A stretch of 64,000 bases of DNA, taken from Polaromonas sp. GTDB lineage: Bacteria; Pseudomonadota; Gammaproteobacteria; Burkholderiales; Burkholderiaceae_C. Below, piece by piece: positions 63,827 through 64,000 of this stretch. A program made the position numbers and the translations under genes. Each line of letters starts with the position of its first letter. Positions within the stretch are counted from its first letter, which is position 1. The stretch lies in the NCBI GenBank assembly GCA_004293655.1, contig RDZZ01000043.1:10235-74234 (forward strand). The letters run 5' to 3'. Below the pieces are notes generated by a model. The model searched no databases. It was given only the letters and a program-made list of their open reading frames with translations, and was not told the DNA's origin.

Positions 63827-64000
63827 CATCACCCACGTGCTTGCTGCCGTAGGTGCCTTTTTTGTTACCAATGTCAGGCTGGATTCCTGTCCATCTTGAA
63901 AGCAGCAGTTGGCCGTCGGGAAGCCCAGGTGGCACTGATCGGGTTGACTGGCAACTGTTGGCCCATGACCGATAGGGGTCTATCATTTCGGGCTTCGCAG

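Overview
A 64-kb chromosomal window from a betaproteobacterium, most likely Comamonadaceae (Polaromonas/Rhodoferax-like), judged from gene order and protein similarity. Most of it is core genome: prfC, rsmB-like, desA, rpmB-rpmG, trxB-crp-ftsK-lolA, tsaD, rpsO-pnp-qor-tpiA-secG-tRNA-Leu-nuoA..N and gdhA. Five accessory blocks are interleaved. (1) A three-gene cassette at 2715-7366 encodes a 1000-aa tubulin/FtsZ-like GTPase, a Zn-ribbon single-pass membrane protein and a permease-less TAXI-type binding protein. The last two end in the same C-x7-G-L-C tail. This is the best candidate for an undescribed system. (2) nasR-nasFED nitrate sensing and uptake has a readable sigma54, NtrC-box and ANTAR leader. 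A MITE sits between enhancer and promoter, and an IS3 relic lies where reductase genes would be expected. (3) A thiamine ABC operon is under a TPP riboswitch with non-canonical pyrophosphate-sensor bases. (4) An orphan secreted CE4 deacetylase is paired with a small membrane protein. (5) TetR + LIV-type ABC + Tm-1-like ATP-binding + TIM-barrel genes form an operon of unknown substrate. A short dispersed GCT-N11-AGC repeat occurs at about nine sites, three of them in frame inside genes. All calls were made by eye from motifs and recalled family knowledge. No database searches were run, and several start codons were moved from the ORF track on RBS or homology grounds.
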